Below are positions 9,723 to 19,856 of a stretch of 64,000 bases of DNA, in pieces. The notes beneath the pieces were generated by a model, which saw only the letters and a list, made by a program, of their open reading frames with translations, did no database searches and was not told where the DNA came from. The stretch lies in contig OZ219750.1 of the NCBI GenBank assembly GCA_964291315.2, forward strand, positions 1 through 64,000, read 5' to 3'. The position numbers and the translations under genes are program-made. Source of the DNA: Candidatus Poribacteria bacterium. Its GTDB lineage: Bacteria > Poribacteria > WGA-4E > WGA-3G. The stretch's first letter is position 1. Each line of letters opens with the position of its first letter.

Positions 9723-12512
9723 ATGCCGTACCGCAAAAAACTGATTGAAACGAATATACCGCTCCGGGACATCAATATGGAGTCTGCGAAAAATACTTCC
9801 TCTAGCCCCGGTCATCCGGCAGCGTTACATCGCTACTGGGCGCGCCGACCGCTCGCCACATGCCGCGCCGTTGTCTTCGCCAGCTTTGTCGACGACCCCG
9901 CCGAGTGTGAAGACGAGTTCCGAACTGAATACGAACAAGGCGCCGAACGCAACCGGCTCTACGGCATCATCAAGCGACTTATCGTCTCGAAAAACAGCAA
10001 CGACGCGAACCTGCTGGCAGAGGCACGCTATGAGATCGCCCTCTCCGTCGCCCGCAATAACGAAGAAGACCTTACCGAGTTTCGTGAACGGCACCAAGAG
10101 AATCCAGAAGCGGTTTTGCGGTATCTGCGCGAGCATGCCCCTGCTGTCTACGATCCCTTCTGTGGCGGCGGCTCGGTTCCGCTCGAGGCACAACGCTTAG
10201 GCCTACGGGCCCGAGGCTCCGACCTGAACCCGCTCCCGGTGCTACTGAACAAGGCGATGATTGAACTGCCACCGAAGTTCCACAACCAGCAACCGGTCAA
10301 TCCGGAGGCGGATCCGATGCGCATGTTCACCGGCAGTAGCAAAAGCACGGCTCGCGCGCCTTGGAGGGGCACTGCGGGCTTGGCAGCGGACATCCGCTAC
10401 TATGGTGCCTGGATGCGCGAGGAAGCACACAGACGGATTGGGCATCTCTATCCGAAGGCAGAGCTGCCGGACGGCACTTCAGCCACTGTGGTTGCGTGGC
10501 TGTGGGCGCGCACGGTGCTGTGTATTAACCCGGCGTGCGGTCTACAGATACCGTTGATAAAGACGTTCCAGTTGTCAAAAAAGAAGGGACAGGAGCGCTA
10601 TATTAAGCCGGTGGTTGACAGAGAGACGAATACCATATCGTGGCATGTGCAGACCGACGCTGCCGGGTTACCGGAACCTACTAAAAACCGCACGGGTGCG
10701 TATTGTTGCGGTTGCGGTGCCGCTGTGAAGCTGCCTTACCTCCGGGAGCAGGGGAAAGCCGGTAAGATCGGAGAAGTAATGACAGCCATAGTGGCTGAGG
10801 GAGACCGTGGAAAAGTGTTCCTATCTCCGACTGCTGATCATATTCAGGTTGCCCAATCTGATGAACCAAGTTGGAGGCCGAGAGGCACGCTGCCGGAAAG
10901 ATCAAGAAGTATCAGCCCACAACTTTATGGGTTCATAAACTGGCATCAGCTTTTCACGAAACGACAGTTGACAGCACTCAATACCTTTTCTGACCTGTTG
11001 TCAGAGGTTCACAAACGTATGAGAGAGGACGGAGCAGAAAACCAGTATGCCGACGCCGTTTCCACCTATATCTCCCTCGCCATCGGCAGAACTGCGGAGA
11101 GCGGCTGTAGTTTTACATGGTGGTTGAACCTACATGAAGCGATTCCACCTCTTTTCTCACGGCATGCGATACCCATGACATGGGATTTCGTTGAAGTCAA
11201 TCCGTTCTCTACATCCACACAGAATTGGACAAGACAAGTAGAGTGTGTTGCAAAGGTAGTAGAGAATTTACCGACTCCTGTGAACCCCGGCGAGGCACAT
11301 CAGGCGGATGTGTGCACCACATCGCACGCCCAAGACCGACCTGTCATGATCACCGATCCCCCTTACTATGATAACATCGGCTATGCAGACCTCTCCGACT
11401 TCTTCTACGTCTGGCTCAGACCCCTCCTGCGCAACACCTACCCCGAGCTATTCGCTGGCATGACAACACCAAAGACAGAGGAAATAACCGCAATTCCACG
11501 GTTTGAAAACCCAAAACAGCATTTTGAAGATTTGCTCAGCAAGTCGTTTCAGCAGATGCGGCATCACTGTTCAGACAAATACCCAACGTCCATCTTCTAT
11601 GCCTATAAGCAGCAGGAAAAAGAACAAGGCGGAAAAGCCTCTACCGGATGGGAGATGATGCTCGAGGCAACTATCAACGCCGGTTTTCAGATCGTCGCCA
11701 CCTGGCCCCTGCGGACAGAGAACACCAGAGGCTTAAAAGCAGAGATTAACGCCTTGGCCTCCTCTATGCTGCTGGTGTGCAGACCGCGCCCCGAAGACGC
11801 ACCCCACAGCGACAGAAACACCTTCATACGCGCCCTGGAGCACGAGATGCCTGTTGCTCTCGACCGGCTCACCCGCATCGCAAACATCAGACCCGTCGAC
11901 CTCGCACAAGCCGCCATCGGCCCCGGCATGGAGATCTACTCCCGATACCGCAGCGTCACGCGCATCAGCGGCGAAGTCGTCTCCATACGAGAGGCACTGC
12001 TACACATCAACAACGCAATTACAACCTATCGTGAAAAGGTGATCGGGGAACTGGACGCAGAGACGCAGTTTTGCCTCACCTGGCTGCAGCAACACGGATA
12101 CCTGCCGGGCAACTTCGGGGATGCCGATGGACTTTCAAAAGCGAGAGGCGTTTATGTCCCAGCGATGCACGACAGACTGCTCATTGTAGACCGTGGCAAA
12201 GTCCGTTTATTGAAACCGGAAGAATACGCGGATCGCGAGGAGCATCCAGAGATGTCAGCGTGGGAGGGGTGTCTGCGGATGATCTGGCATCTCTCGTTCA
12301 CAGAGTTCAGTGGCGGCATTCAAGGGTGTGCGAGGGTTGCACGCTTGATGCGTGACTATCACAGTGCAAGACGTTTGGCGTTGGTGCTATACAGCTACTA
12401 TGAGGCGCTGGGGCACACGGAGGATGCTGCACGCTATAACTACCTCGTGACGCAGTGGTCTTATATCTGGCAGTCCATGGGCTCCGCAGAGCAGATAGAG
12501 GCGGACGTTTAA
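9723..12512 (+). CDS. DUF1156-domain adenine-specific DNA methyltransferase
   Basis: LHRYWARRPL N-terminus, YDPFCGGGSVP (motif I), CxNPxC and CxxC Zn sites, TDPPYYDNI (motif IV). Confidence 0.9.
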   Translation: MPYRKKLIETNIPLRDINMESAKNTSSSPGHPAALHRYWARRPLATCRAVVFASFVDDPAECEDEFRTEYEQGAERNRLYGIIKRLIVSKNSNDANLLAEARYEIALSVARNNEEDLTEFRERHQENPEAVLRYLREHAPAVYDPFCGGGSVPLEAQRLGLRARGSDLNPLPVLLNKAMIELPPKFHNQQPVNPEADPMRMFTGSSKSTARAPWRGTAGLAADIRYYGAWMREEAHRRIGHLYPKAELPDGTSATVVAWLWARTVLCINPACGLQIPLIKTFQLSKKKGQERYIKPVVDRETNTISWHVQTDAAGLPEPTKNRTGAYCCGCGAAVKLPYLREQGKAGKIGEVMTAIVAEGDRGKVFLSPTADHIQVAQSDEPSWRPRGTLPERSRSISPQLYGFINWHQLFTKRQLTALNTFSDLLSEVHKRMREDGAENQYADAVSTYISLAIGRTAESGCSFTWWLNLHEAIPPLFSRHAIPMTWDFVEVNPFSTSTQNWTRQVECVAKVVENLPTPVNPGEAHQADVCTTSHAQDRPVMITDPPYYDNIGYADLSDFFYVWLRPLLRNTYPELFAGMTTPKTEEITAIPRFENPKQHFEDLLSKSFQQMRHHCSDKYPTSIFYAYKQQEKEQGGKASTGWEMMLEATINAGFQIVATWPLRTENTRGLKAEINALASSMLLVCRPRPEDAPHSDRNTFIRALEHEMPVALDRLTRIANIRPVDLAQAAIGPGMEIYSRYRSVTRISGEVVSIREALLHINNAITTYREKVIGELDAETQFCLTWLQQHGYLPGNFGDADGLSKARGVYVPAMHDRLLIVDRGKVRLLKPEEYADREEHPEMSAWEGCLRMIWHLSFTEFSGGIQGCARVARLMRDYHSARRLALVLYSYYEALGHTEDAARYNYLVTQWSYIWQSMGSAEQIEADV

Positions 12513-12671
12513 TTTCGGGTGTGCACACATTCCAAAAGCTATGTGGCACAAGAGACCAACTGCCTATGCTACACTAAACCTTTCTCCATCTAAGAGCCAC
12601 AATACCATTTTGCTGGCTGTAAATAACCTCAAAGTGAAAATCAAATTCCCCTATAACAATAAAAAAAATGG

Positions 12672-12700
12672 TTGACAAACCCCCAAAGACATGTTATAAT
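12672..12700 (+). promoter_or_regulatory. Consensus sigma70 promoter of the respiratory cluster
   Basis: TTGACA-17 nt-TATAAT with extended -10 TG and an upstream A-tract. Confidence 0.85.
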
Positions 12701-12918
12701 TGTTAACGTTCAAAATAGAGATCTCTTACCAGGGACTTATGCTTTTTTAATGAAATGTATCTGACAATTGATGAGCGTGTTTTGCCCATGAGATGTGGAA
12801 TTTCGAGCGCTAAAAAGGTTTTATGCGGTTTATTTGCAATTAGGATATTAATGTAGGCATTTTGCCTTTACTTCGTAGTGCCGGTGCTTATGTGCCTGCC
12901 TACAAATCGGGGGTGTAA

Positions 12919-13407
12919 GTGGTATCTCGACGTAAATTCTTCAAATTTCTCGGTTGGGGAAATTTTGTTGCAGCCTTAGGTCTAACTTTTGGACCTGGGT
13001 TGGTGCGGTATCTATATCCACGGGTGCTGTTCGAACCGTCCTCTGTTTTCAAAGCAGGATTCCCGGGGGAATATCCGCCGGGCAGCGTTAGCGAAAAGTT
13101 CAAAAAAGAACCGTTCGGGGTTTGGATAGTTAGGAAACAGGATGGTGAATTTTATGCGCTCTTAACGATTTGCACACACCTTGGGTGCACGCCGCGGTGG
13201 CTTTCGTCTGAGGACAAATTCAAGTGTCCATGTCACGGGAGCGGGTTCGACCGAGAAGGTATCAATTATGAGGGTCCAGCGCCACGTCCCCTCGAGCGTG
13301 TCAAGATTGTGTTGGCAGAAGACGGGCAGATTCAAATTGATAAGTCCGTAAAGTTTTTAGGTGAGAAGGGGCAGTGGACGGACCCAGGCTCCTTTTTGAA
13401 GGCTTGA
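12919..13407 (+). CDS. qcrA: Rieske [2Fe-2S] subunit of a Rieske/cytochrome b complex
   Basis: Tat motif SRRKFF; CTHLGC and CPCHGSGF boxes; GPAPRPL. Confidence 0.95.
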   Translation: MVSRRKFFKFLGWGNFVAALGLTFGPGLVRYLYPRVLFEPSSVFKAGFPGEYPPGSVSEKFKKEPFGVWIVRKQDGEFYALLTICTHLGCTPRWLSSEDKFKCPCHGSGFDREGINYEGPAPRPLERVKIVLAEDGQIQIDKSVKFLGEKGQWTDPGSFLKA

Positions 13408-13468
13408 AGAAAGGAGAGCATTGATGTCTAACTCGGGTTAGACAGAAATAGCGTTTCGGCGCATCTGG

Positions 13469-14263
13469 TTGTCGAAGCTTGCGATAGAAAATATGAACGA
13501 AGAACGCAAAGGCCTGAAAGAAAAGATCACGAATTCTGGTATTTGGCGCTCTATATTCCGCCACGGATATGAAAACACAGGGCGCCGTTACACTTTACAA
13601 ATCCTCCAAAACGTCTGGTTGCATCTCCATCCCCCTCGGATTTCTCGACATGCATTGAACTTCCGCTTTACTTGGTGTATGGGCGGCATTACTTTCCTGA
13701 TGTTTCTCGTAACAGCCGTCACTGGTGTCCTCCTGATGTTCTACTATCGTCCTACAGCTGAATATGCCTTCCGCGATGTACAGTACCTCGAATTTGACAT
13801 ACCGTTCGGGATGCTCCTCCGCAACATGCACCGTTGGGCAGCCCATGGAATGGTTATTTCGGTGATGCTACATATGTTCAGAGTCTTCTTGACCGGGTCT
13901 TATAAGAAACCGCGAGAATTCAATTGGGCAGTTGGAGTCATTTTGTTACTCGTAACCTTTTTCCTTAGTTTCACCGGCTATCTCTTGCCGTGGGACCAGC
14001 TGGCGTTCTGGGCTGTAACAGTCGGTACCAACATGGCACGCGCAACCCCCGTTTTGGGACATGAAGGCCCCTTTGCGCCGCAACACATCACCCAATCAAA
14101 CGATGTCCGATTCGCACTTCTTGCAGGCACAATCGTAGGGCCATCAACGCTGCTAAGGTTCTATATCTTGCACTGCGTTGCTGTTCCTTTGCTAGCAAGC
14201 GCCTTGATGGCGCTGCATTTTTGGCGTGTGCGCAAAGACGGTGGTATTTCTGGACCACTATAA
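13469..14263 (+). CDS. qcrB: Cytochrome b6-type subunit (N-terminal half of a split cytochrome b); start may be ATG 13493
   Basis: WCMGG (haem ci Cys), HRWAAH...LHM, GYLLPWDQ, His pair in FYILH-x14-HF, C-terminal GISGPL. Confidence 0.95.
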   Translation: MSKLAIENMNEERKGLKEKITNSGIWRSIFRHGYENTGRRYTLQILQNVWLHLHPPRISRHALNFRFTWCMGGITFLMFLVTAVTGVLLMFYYRPTAEYAFRDVQYLEFDIPFGMLLRNMHRWAAHGMVISVMLHMFRVFLTGSYKKPREFNWAVGVILLLVTFFLSFTGYLLPWDQLAFWAVTVGTNMARATPVLGHEGPFAPQHITQSNDVRFALLAGTIVGPSTLLRFYILHCVAVPLLASALMALHFWRVRKDGGISGPL

Positions 14264-14339
14264 ATCGGAGTTGCCGAAGCGAATCTCTCGTGTGGTCTGT
14301 TAGCACAAGCAAGAAACTGAATCTTCAAAGGAGCAGAGT

Positions 14340-15206
14340 ATGGAGCATTTTATAGCGCTGGTGACGAAACCCGACAATGTCCCAATAATTGTTATTCTCT
14401 TTTTGATACCTTATTTTATGTGGCTTTCATACTGGCAGGCGCGCCAGACAGACAAAACGGGTGTCCCGTCAGATGCACAGCTCAACGATAAGGTCTATGT
14501 CTGGCCATATCTCTGCCGAAATGAATTTATCTGCGCGATTATTGTTATGCTGTTGTTAGGGGTCTGGTCAATTATGATTGATGCCCCGCTTGAAGAACCG
14601 AGTGATCCAACTAAAACACCAAATCCTTCCAAAGCACCTTGGTATTTTCTTGCTCTACAAGAGATGCTAGTCTACTTCGATCCTTGGATTGCAGGGGTAG
14701 TGCTCCCAGGATTGATTATCGCCGGATTGATTGCTATTCCCTACATTGATATTAACCCCAAGGGAAAAGGCTATTATACAATCAAAGAACGTCCGTTCGC
14801 GCTTGCTGTATTCTGCTTCGGATTCATCATCTTGTGGATTGTACTAATGGTTGTTGGTACATTTCTGAGGGGGCCCGGATGGAATTTCTTCGCCCCATGG
14901 GAGAAATGGGATCCACATCTTGTTGTCCCGTTGACAAGCGTGAATTTGTCTTATCTTTTCGGTATCCGCAGCGAATCCACGGCAAACTATTTCGGTTTTT
15001 TTGTTGTTGCCGCCTATTTTTCGATCGGTCCAATTTTCTATTTCTGGAAGAGAAACAGTAGCCGTTTCTTACAAGAATTGGGACTGGTCCGGTATGTCAT
15101 AGTTTCATTTCTGTTTCTAACTATGCTTGCTTTGCCGATAAAGATGATCTTACGTATACTATTCAAGGTAAAATATATCTGGGTAACCCCGTGGTTTAAC
15201 ATTTAA
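14340..15206 (+). CDS. Cytochrome b subunit IV-like membrane protein
   Basis: APLEEPSDP..TPNPSKAPWYF (Qo-site motif APWY), PYIDINP, multiple TM helices. Confidence 0.85.
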   Translation: MEHFIALVTKPDNVPIIVILFLIPYFMWLSYWQARQTDKTGVPSDAQLNDKVYVWPYLCRNEFICAIIVMLLLGVWSIMIDAPLEEPSDPTKTPNPSKAPWYFLALQEMLVYFDPWIAGVVLPGLIIAGLIAIPYIDINPKGKGYYTIKERPFALAVFCFGFIILWIVLMVVGTFLRGPGWNFFAPWEKWDPHLVVPLTSVNLSYLFGIRSESTANYFGFFVVAAYFSIGPIFYFWKRNSSRFLQELGLVRYVIVSFLFLTMLALPIKMILRILFKVKYIWVTPWFNI

Positions 15207-15270
15207 TGGAGGCGGTTCGCATCAACGCGTGCAGACCTGCAAGTAAGGACATCCTGATGGATCAATTGAT

Positions 15271-18200
15271 ATGGAGGTAGAAAAATTCGTGAGGAACAAA
15301 AAAGAAATTCCTGCTGAAAATAAATCATATTCTGCTTTGTTCTTTATTTTGTCCGCACTGTTAGGATTGGTAACGATTTGGGGATTCTGGAGTGAGATGA
15401 TTACCCGCCGTCCGTGGAAGCAGATCCAACAGCAATTTTATCAATACGAATACAACAAGACAAAGGTAGAACTAGCAAACGCCATGTCGGATTTGCCCGA
15501 ACTCCGTGCACCTCAGGAGCCGGCCCCAAAGGAATTACGCAGGTTGACTAAAGAGGTAGAAAACTCGCAAGTTGCCCTCGACGAAGCATTGCAAGAACGT
15601 AAATTTCGGCAAAGCGAATCGGATGCTATTAACTATAAATATCAGCACAGTCTCCATGAAGCCAAGGGTAGATATAATGAGACAGTTAGGATGTGGCAGA
15701 AAAAATTGGCGGATTATGAATCCCAGATTGAAAGTGAACTCACCGAAGCGGTTTTAGCAGCGGAAGCCACCTTTGCAAATGCAAATAAAACGTTAGCGCA
15801 GTTCTATCAAAACAACGGTGCCCCCCGGCGGGCTCTCAGCACCTACCTTATTGCGCAGAAATATAATACTACCGATACAGAAATCGGTGAAGGGATTGCC
15901 GCTGTACAAGCAACCCTTCAATCTTTGCAAGCTGACAAGGCAAAGTACGATCAAGTCGCACGTCTTCAGGAAAAACTTGATTCGGTTGGCGGTATTAAAA
16001 GGACCTTTTTAGGTAGTCTCTTAGAAAATCCGTTTCGGGAGACACGTACTATCGTTCAACACTACCTTGAAGACTTTGATTATACGGCGGATCGTTGCGC
16101 TACGTGCCATTTTTCTGCGGATAGGAGTGGTTACGAGCGGACCGCGCAAGAGATGTTTGAAGTGGAAGGCGATGGCGAAAATCAGGTCGTCCATGCTCTC
16201 AAGCATTCAAGCGTTAAATTGGGCAGTGAATCGATTGTAATTGATGGGTTTGATGCCGAACCAGATGAATATAGGCTCGAAGAGAACGGCACCCTCACTT
16301 TCAGTGATGTGGATGTCTTCGGCGAAGTGGAAATCTCTTATGAAACCGGCTATCGTCCCGTGCTTCAAACGCATCCGCATCGTGATGTTCTCCTCGCGAA
16401 ACACCCTGTTGATAGATTCGGTTGTACGCCGTGCCACGGTGGGCAGGGCCAGGCCCTCACAGCCAAAGCTGCCCATGCCTTGACGCATGCGGAATACTGG
16501 CTGACTCCTGTTCTCGGAATGGATGAACATACCGAAAGAACCTCTGAAGAGACAAAAGGCTATATGGAATCTAATTGTCGCCGCTGCCACGATGGCGTGA
16601 TGATGTTAGATTACGAGGTGAAACCCGGAACGGATCAGCCCCAGGACTATGCTCCTAATCTCACAAAAGGATTAGCGCTGTTCGAAGACCTTGGATGCCA
16701 CGGGTGCCATGCTGTAGAAGGTTACAGCGCGATAGAAACCATTGGCAAAGTTGGTCCGTCACTCGCAAAAATCGGCAGTAAAATCAAAGATATCGCTTGG
16801 CTGGAAAGCTGGCTTAAGAAACCGGAAGCATATCTACCGCATACGACGATGCCTAACTTCTTCCCCGTTGATGGCATGACGCAAGTCGTCTATCTCAAGA
16901 ACGGTGGGAAACGCACAGGTGTTGTCACTAAAACTGCCAACGGTATTGTTATAACAACAGACGATGGCACGGAATATCCGTATCCTGACAGTTATGTTAT
17001 TCGCATTGTTGATGAGGTGAAATCAATTGCCGCGTATCTTGCACAGATGACATCTATAGATTTGGATGAAGTCAGTACAACCTATTCCGAATCTCAACAC
17101 ACTATCAAAACAGGCGAGGAAATTGTCAAAACTGTTGGCTGTCTTACGTGTCACACGGTTGATGGCTTAGGCACTGATTTCGGCCCTGCCCTGGATAGTG
17201 TTGGTGCAAAGGTTACGCCGAATTACCTCCGTCAATGGATTCAAAATCCGAAGACCTATGATCCAGATACAAGTATGCCGAGCTTGCGTTTAAGTAATAG
17301 CGAGGTTGACAGCGTCGTCGCGTACCTCATGAGTTTACAGCAGGCAACCCGGAACGTATCTACCGAATCTATCGGAGAAGTTGACGTGGACGAAGGTGAA
17401 TCGCTCGTCAGGACCTATGGATGTTTTGGTTGCCATGACATCCCCGGCTTTGAAAATGAGTCAAAAGTCGGAGCAGACCTCGGAGAATTCGGGGCTAAAA
17501 TGACTGAGGAACTCGACTTTGGCGACACAGTAGACATTGAACACAGCTGGACCGGCTGGACACTTGGTAAAGTAACTAACCCACGGCGTTATCAAACCCG
17601 ACGTATCGCCTCTCGTATGCCGGTCTTCCAGATTGATCATCAAGAGGCAACTGCACTCGCTGTGCTTCTCAAGAGCTTTCAACCGGAGCAGTACCCTCTC
17701 AGCTATATCCATAACCGTTCTGAGAAATCTAACCAAATTGATGCAGGCAGACGCCTCATCAAGAAATATAACTGCACGGGGTGCCATGAAATTGAGGGTT
17801 CGGGTGGCGATTATATTGATGTTATCGTCGCACACGAGGGTTTGAATGAGACAAACGCCAAACAGTTTGCACCGCCCTCGTTGAAGGCTGAAGGCGCGAG
17901 GGTCTATCCAGACTGGTTATTTACTTTCCTCAAAGAGCCATCAGATATCCGCTACGGGCTTAAAGTAAGGATGCCAACATTCGAACTCTCGGATGGTGAA
18001 GCGACAACACTTGTCAAATACTTTTCTGCACTTGATGATGAACCGTTCCCGTACGAAACGTTGGAAACGCCAACGCCGACGCGAGCTGAATTGCAAATTG
18101 GGAAACAGATTTTCGATGAACTCCAATGTATTTCCTGTCACCCTTCGCAAGGGGAAGTCATCCCGGAAGGGAGCGACAAGGCAGGGCGCCCTGATCTCTC

Positions 18201-18399
18201 TTTGGCGAAAGAGCGACTCAAAGCGGATTGGCTCGTTGATTGGATGAAGGATCCGCAGTTGTTCCAACCCGGGACGGCGATGCCACAGGCCTGGCCGCGC
18301 GTCGGCGGACAGTATATGCCACTTGATGGATACGCTAATAATGACGCTGAAAAACAGATTCAACTCGTACGCGATTACCTTATATCGTTAGGACATTAA
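15271..18399 (+). CDS. Membrane-anchored octahaem cytochrome c with an N-terminal coiled coil
   Basis: Eight CxxCH motifs (CATCH, CTPCH, CRRCH, CHGCH, CLTCH, CFGCH, CTGCH, CISCH); several class I folds with an MP axial motif; one N-terminal TM helix. Confidence 0.9.
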   Translation: MEVEKFVRNKKEIPAENKSYSALFFILSALLGLVTIWGFWSEMITRRPWKQIQQQFYQYEYNKTKVELANAMSDLPELRAPQEPAPKELRRLTKEVENSQVALDEALQERKFRQSESDAINYKYQHSLHEAKGRYNETVRMWQKKLADYESQIESELTEAVLAAEATFANANKTLAQFYQNNGAPRRALSTYLIAQKYNTTDTEIGEGIAAVQATLQSLQADKAKYDQVARLQEKLDSVGGIKRTFLGSLLENPFRETRTIVQHYLEDFDYTADRCATCHFSADRSGYERTAQEMFEVEGDGENQVVHALKHSSVKLGSESIVIDGFDAEPDEYRLEENGTLTFSDVDVFGEVEISYETGYRPVLQTHPHRDVLLAKHPVDRFGCTPCHGGQGQALTAKAAHALTHAEYWLTPVLGMDEHTERTSEETKGYMESNCRRCHDGVMMLDYEVKPGTDQPQDYAPNLTKGLALFEDLGCHGCHAVEGYSAIETIGKVGPSLAKIGSKIKDIAWLESWLKKPEAYLPHTTMPNFFPVDGMTQVVYLKNGGKRTGVVTKTANGIVITTDDGTEYPYPDSYVIRIVDEVKSIAAYLAQMTSIDLDEVSTTYSESQHTIKTGEEIVKTVGCLTCHTVDGLGTDFGPALDSVGAKVTPNYLRQWIQNPKTYDPDTSMPSLRLSNSEVDSVVAYLMSLQQATRNVSTESIGEVDVDEGESLVRTYGCFGCHDIPGFENESKVGADLGEFGAKMTEELDFGDTVDIEHSWTGWTLGKVTNPRRYQTRRIASRMPVFQIDHQEATALAVLLKSFQPEQYPLSYIHNRSEKSNQIDAGRRLIKKYNCTGCHEIEGSGGDYIDVIVAHEGLNETNAKQFAPPSLKAEGARVYPDWLFTFLKEPSDIRYGLKVRMPTFELSDGEATTLVKYFSALDDEPFPYETLETPTPTRAELQIGKQIFDELQCISCHPSQGEVIPEGSDKAGRPDLSLAKERLKADWLVDWMKDPQLFQPGTAMPQAWPRVGGQYMPLDGYANNDAEKQIQLVRDYLISLGH

Positions 18400-18415
18400 C
18401 AGGTAACCATTAAAT

Positions 18416-18772
18416 ATGAGACACCTTGCCGTTGTTATTGTCATGATCGCTGTCTGGATCAACGGTTTGATTTGGTTGGGTAGGCAGGCGGATCCGAGCC
18501 AGAAATATGCATCGGAGGTTGAATATAAGTATGCCCGATACTGCGCAGGCTGTCACGGAAACAACGGGCAAGGCAATGGGCGGATTGGTCGTTTCAAAAA
18601 GTTAGATCCAGCCGACCTGACAGATAGCCGTCTCTGGAAGACGCATGATGATGAACAACTATTAGATAGTATCAACGCAGGAAAAGACGATATGCCAGCG
18701 TTCTACTACTATCTCAGCGATGGGGAGCAACGGGAAATTCTCGACTATATTAAAGAGACATTTCGTCCTTAA
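18416..18772 (+). CDS. Monohaem cytochrome c
   Basis: N-terminal anchor, CAGCH, DMPAF. Confidence 0.9.
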   Translation: MRHLAVVIVMIAVWINGLIWLGRQADPSQKYASEVEYKYARYCAGCHGNNGQGNGRIGRFKKLDPADLTDSRLWKTHDDEQLLDSINAGKDDMPAFYYYLSDGEQREILDYIKETFRP

Positions 18773-18956
18773 TTCTTAATCGTACGAGGAAACACTCATT
18801 GTTCGTGAGGCTCTTGTAGCGAAGACCGTTAGTTCACGAATTGTTAAACAACCTAGCAAATTGATGCCTAAATTTTAGGACTTTTTATTTGCAATCTGAA
18901 CTACTGTGATGTTAATATATTGCAGGATAAATTACTATGTAAGGAGAAGCCGACTT

Positions 18957-19706
18957 ATGAAAACTTTCGTCAGCCTGCTTTTGTGCTCAATATTTGCAAG
19001 CGCAGCGTCTGCAGGTACTATTACTGGCAACGTCATGTATGATGGTGACGTGCCTGCGCGTCCGCCCTTAACGGCAACTAAAGACCAGCATTGCATTGAT
19101 GCTGTAACAGGGACAAAATCTGAGGCACTTGTTGTCTCAAAAAGCAAAGGTATCAAGAACGTTGTTATTTATGCGCGCGTCCGTGGGGCAAAAGTCACGG
19201 TTCCAGATAAAAACCCAGTTATGGACCAGAAGGAGTGTGCTTACTACCCACACGTCCTTGCGGTTGTTGCAGGCTCTACTGTTGATCTTACCTCCAGTGA
19301 TCCGATTGCACACAACGTTCATTCTCATGCGAAAAAGAATGAAGCTATAAACTATCAGATCCCACAGCCCGGGAAAGTTATTCCGCACAAAATAGAGAAG
19401 GCTGAGGAGATTAAATTCACTTGTGATATTCATGCGTGGATGACGGGTTACATTGTTGCTGTCCCTAGTAACTTTTTCACCGTCACTGGCTACAAAGACG
19501 CTGATGGTGCATGGATCGGCTCGGATGCCTATGAAAAATCCACAGATACGGGCGGCTATTCGATTAAGGACGTGCCAGCCGGCAAAGTGCGCGTTATAGC
19601 ATGGCATGAAGAACTCGGTTCAGCGAACAAAACCGTTGAAGTGCTAGCGAGCGGCGATGTGGCAGTAAACTTTACAAGCGCCGATTTTAAGAAACGCACC
19701 AAATAG
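18957..19706 (+). CDS. Secreted cupredoxin-motif protein with a carboxypeptidase-regulatory-like domain
   Basis: SD AAGGAG before ATG 18957; signal peptide; CAYYPHV, HNVH, CDIHAWM; C-terminal VPAGKVRVIAWHEELG. Confidence 0.75.
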   Translation: MKTFVSLLLCSIFASAASAGTITGNVMYDGDVPARPPLTATKDQHCIDAVTGTKSEALVVSKSKGIKNVVIYARVRGAKVTVPDKNPVMDQKECAYYPHVLAVVAGSTVDLTSSDPIAHNVHSHAKKNEAINYQIPQPGKVIPHKIEKAEEIKFTCDIHAWMTGYIVAVPSNFFTVTGYKDADGAWIGSDAYEKSTDTGGYSIKDVPAGKVRVIAWHEELGSANKTVEVLASGDVAVNFTSADFKKRTK

Positions 19707-19856
19707 TTTTTAAACGCTTTTAATAATTGTCAGTTGAATAGTTGTCAGCAGTAGGTTTAAGAAAATCGTTTGTGACAGTTAGAATGCTTTTGCCTGCTGC
19801 GAAAGCTTTAACTGGAAATCGATAATCATTTCTCCGATAACTGACAAGCACAAAAA

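Noticed and set aside
9316-9748. Short ORFs between the PPC and DUF1156 genes
   Set aside because: No SD or motifs, and they span a terminator; treated as intergenic
12700-12918. Riboswitch or FNR/Rex site in the long leader of the respiratory operon
   Set aside because: No convincing consensus or conserved structure recognisable by eye; would need an Rfam or motif scan
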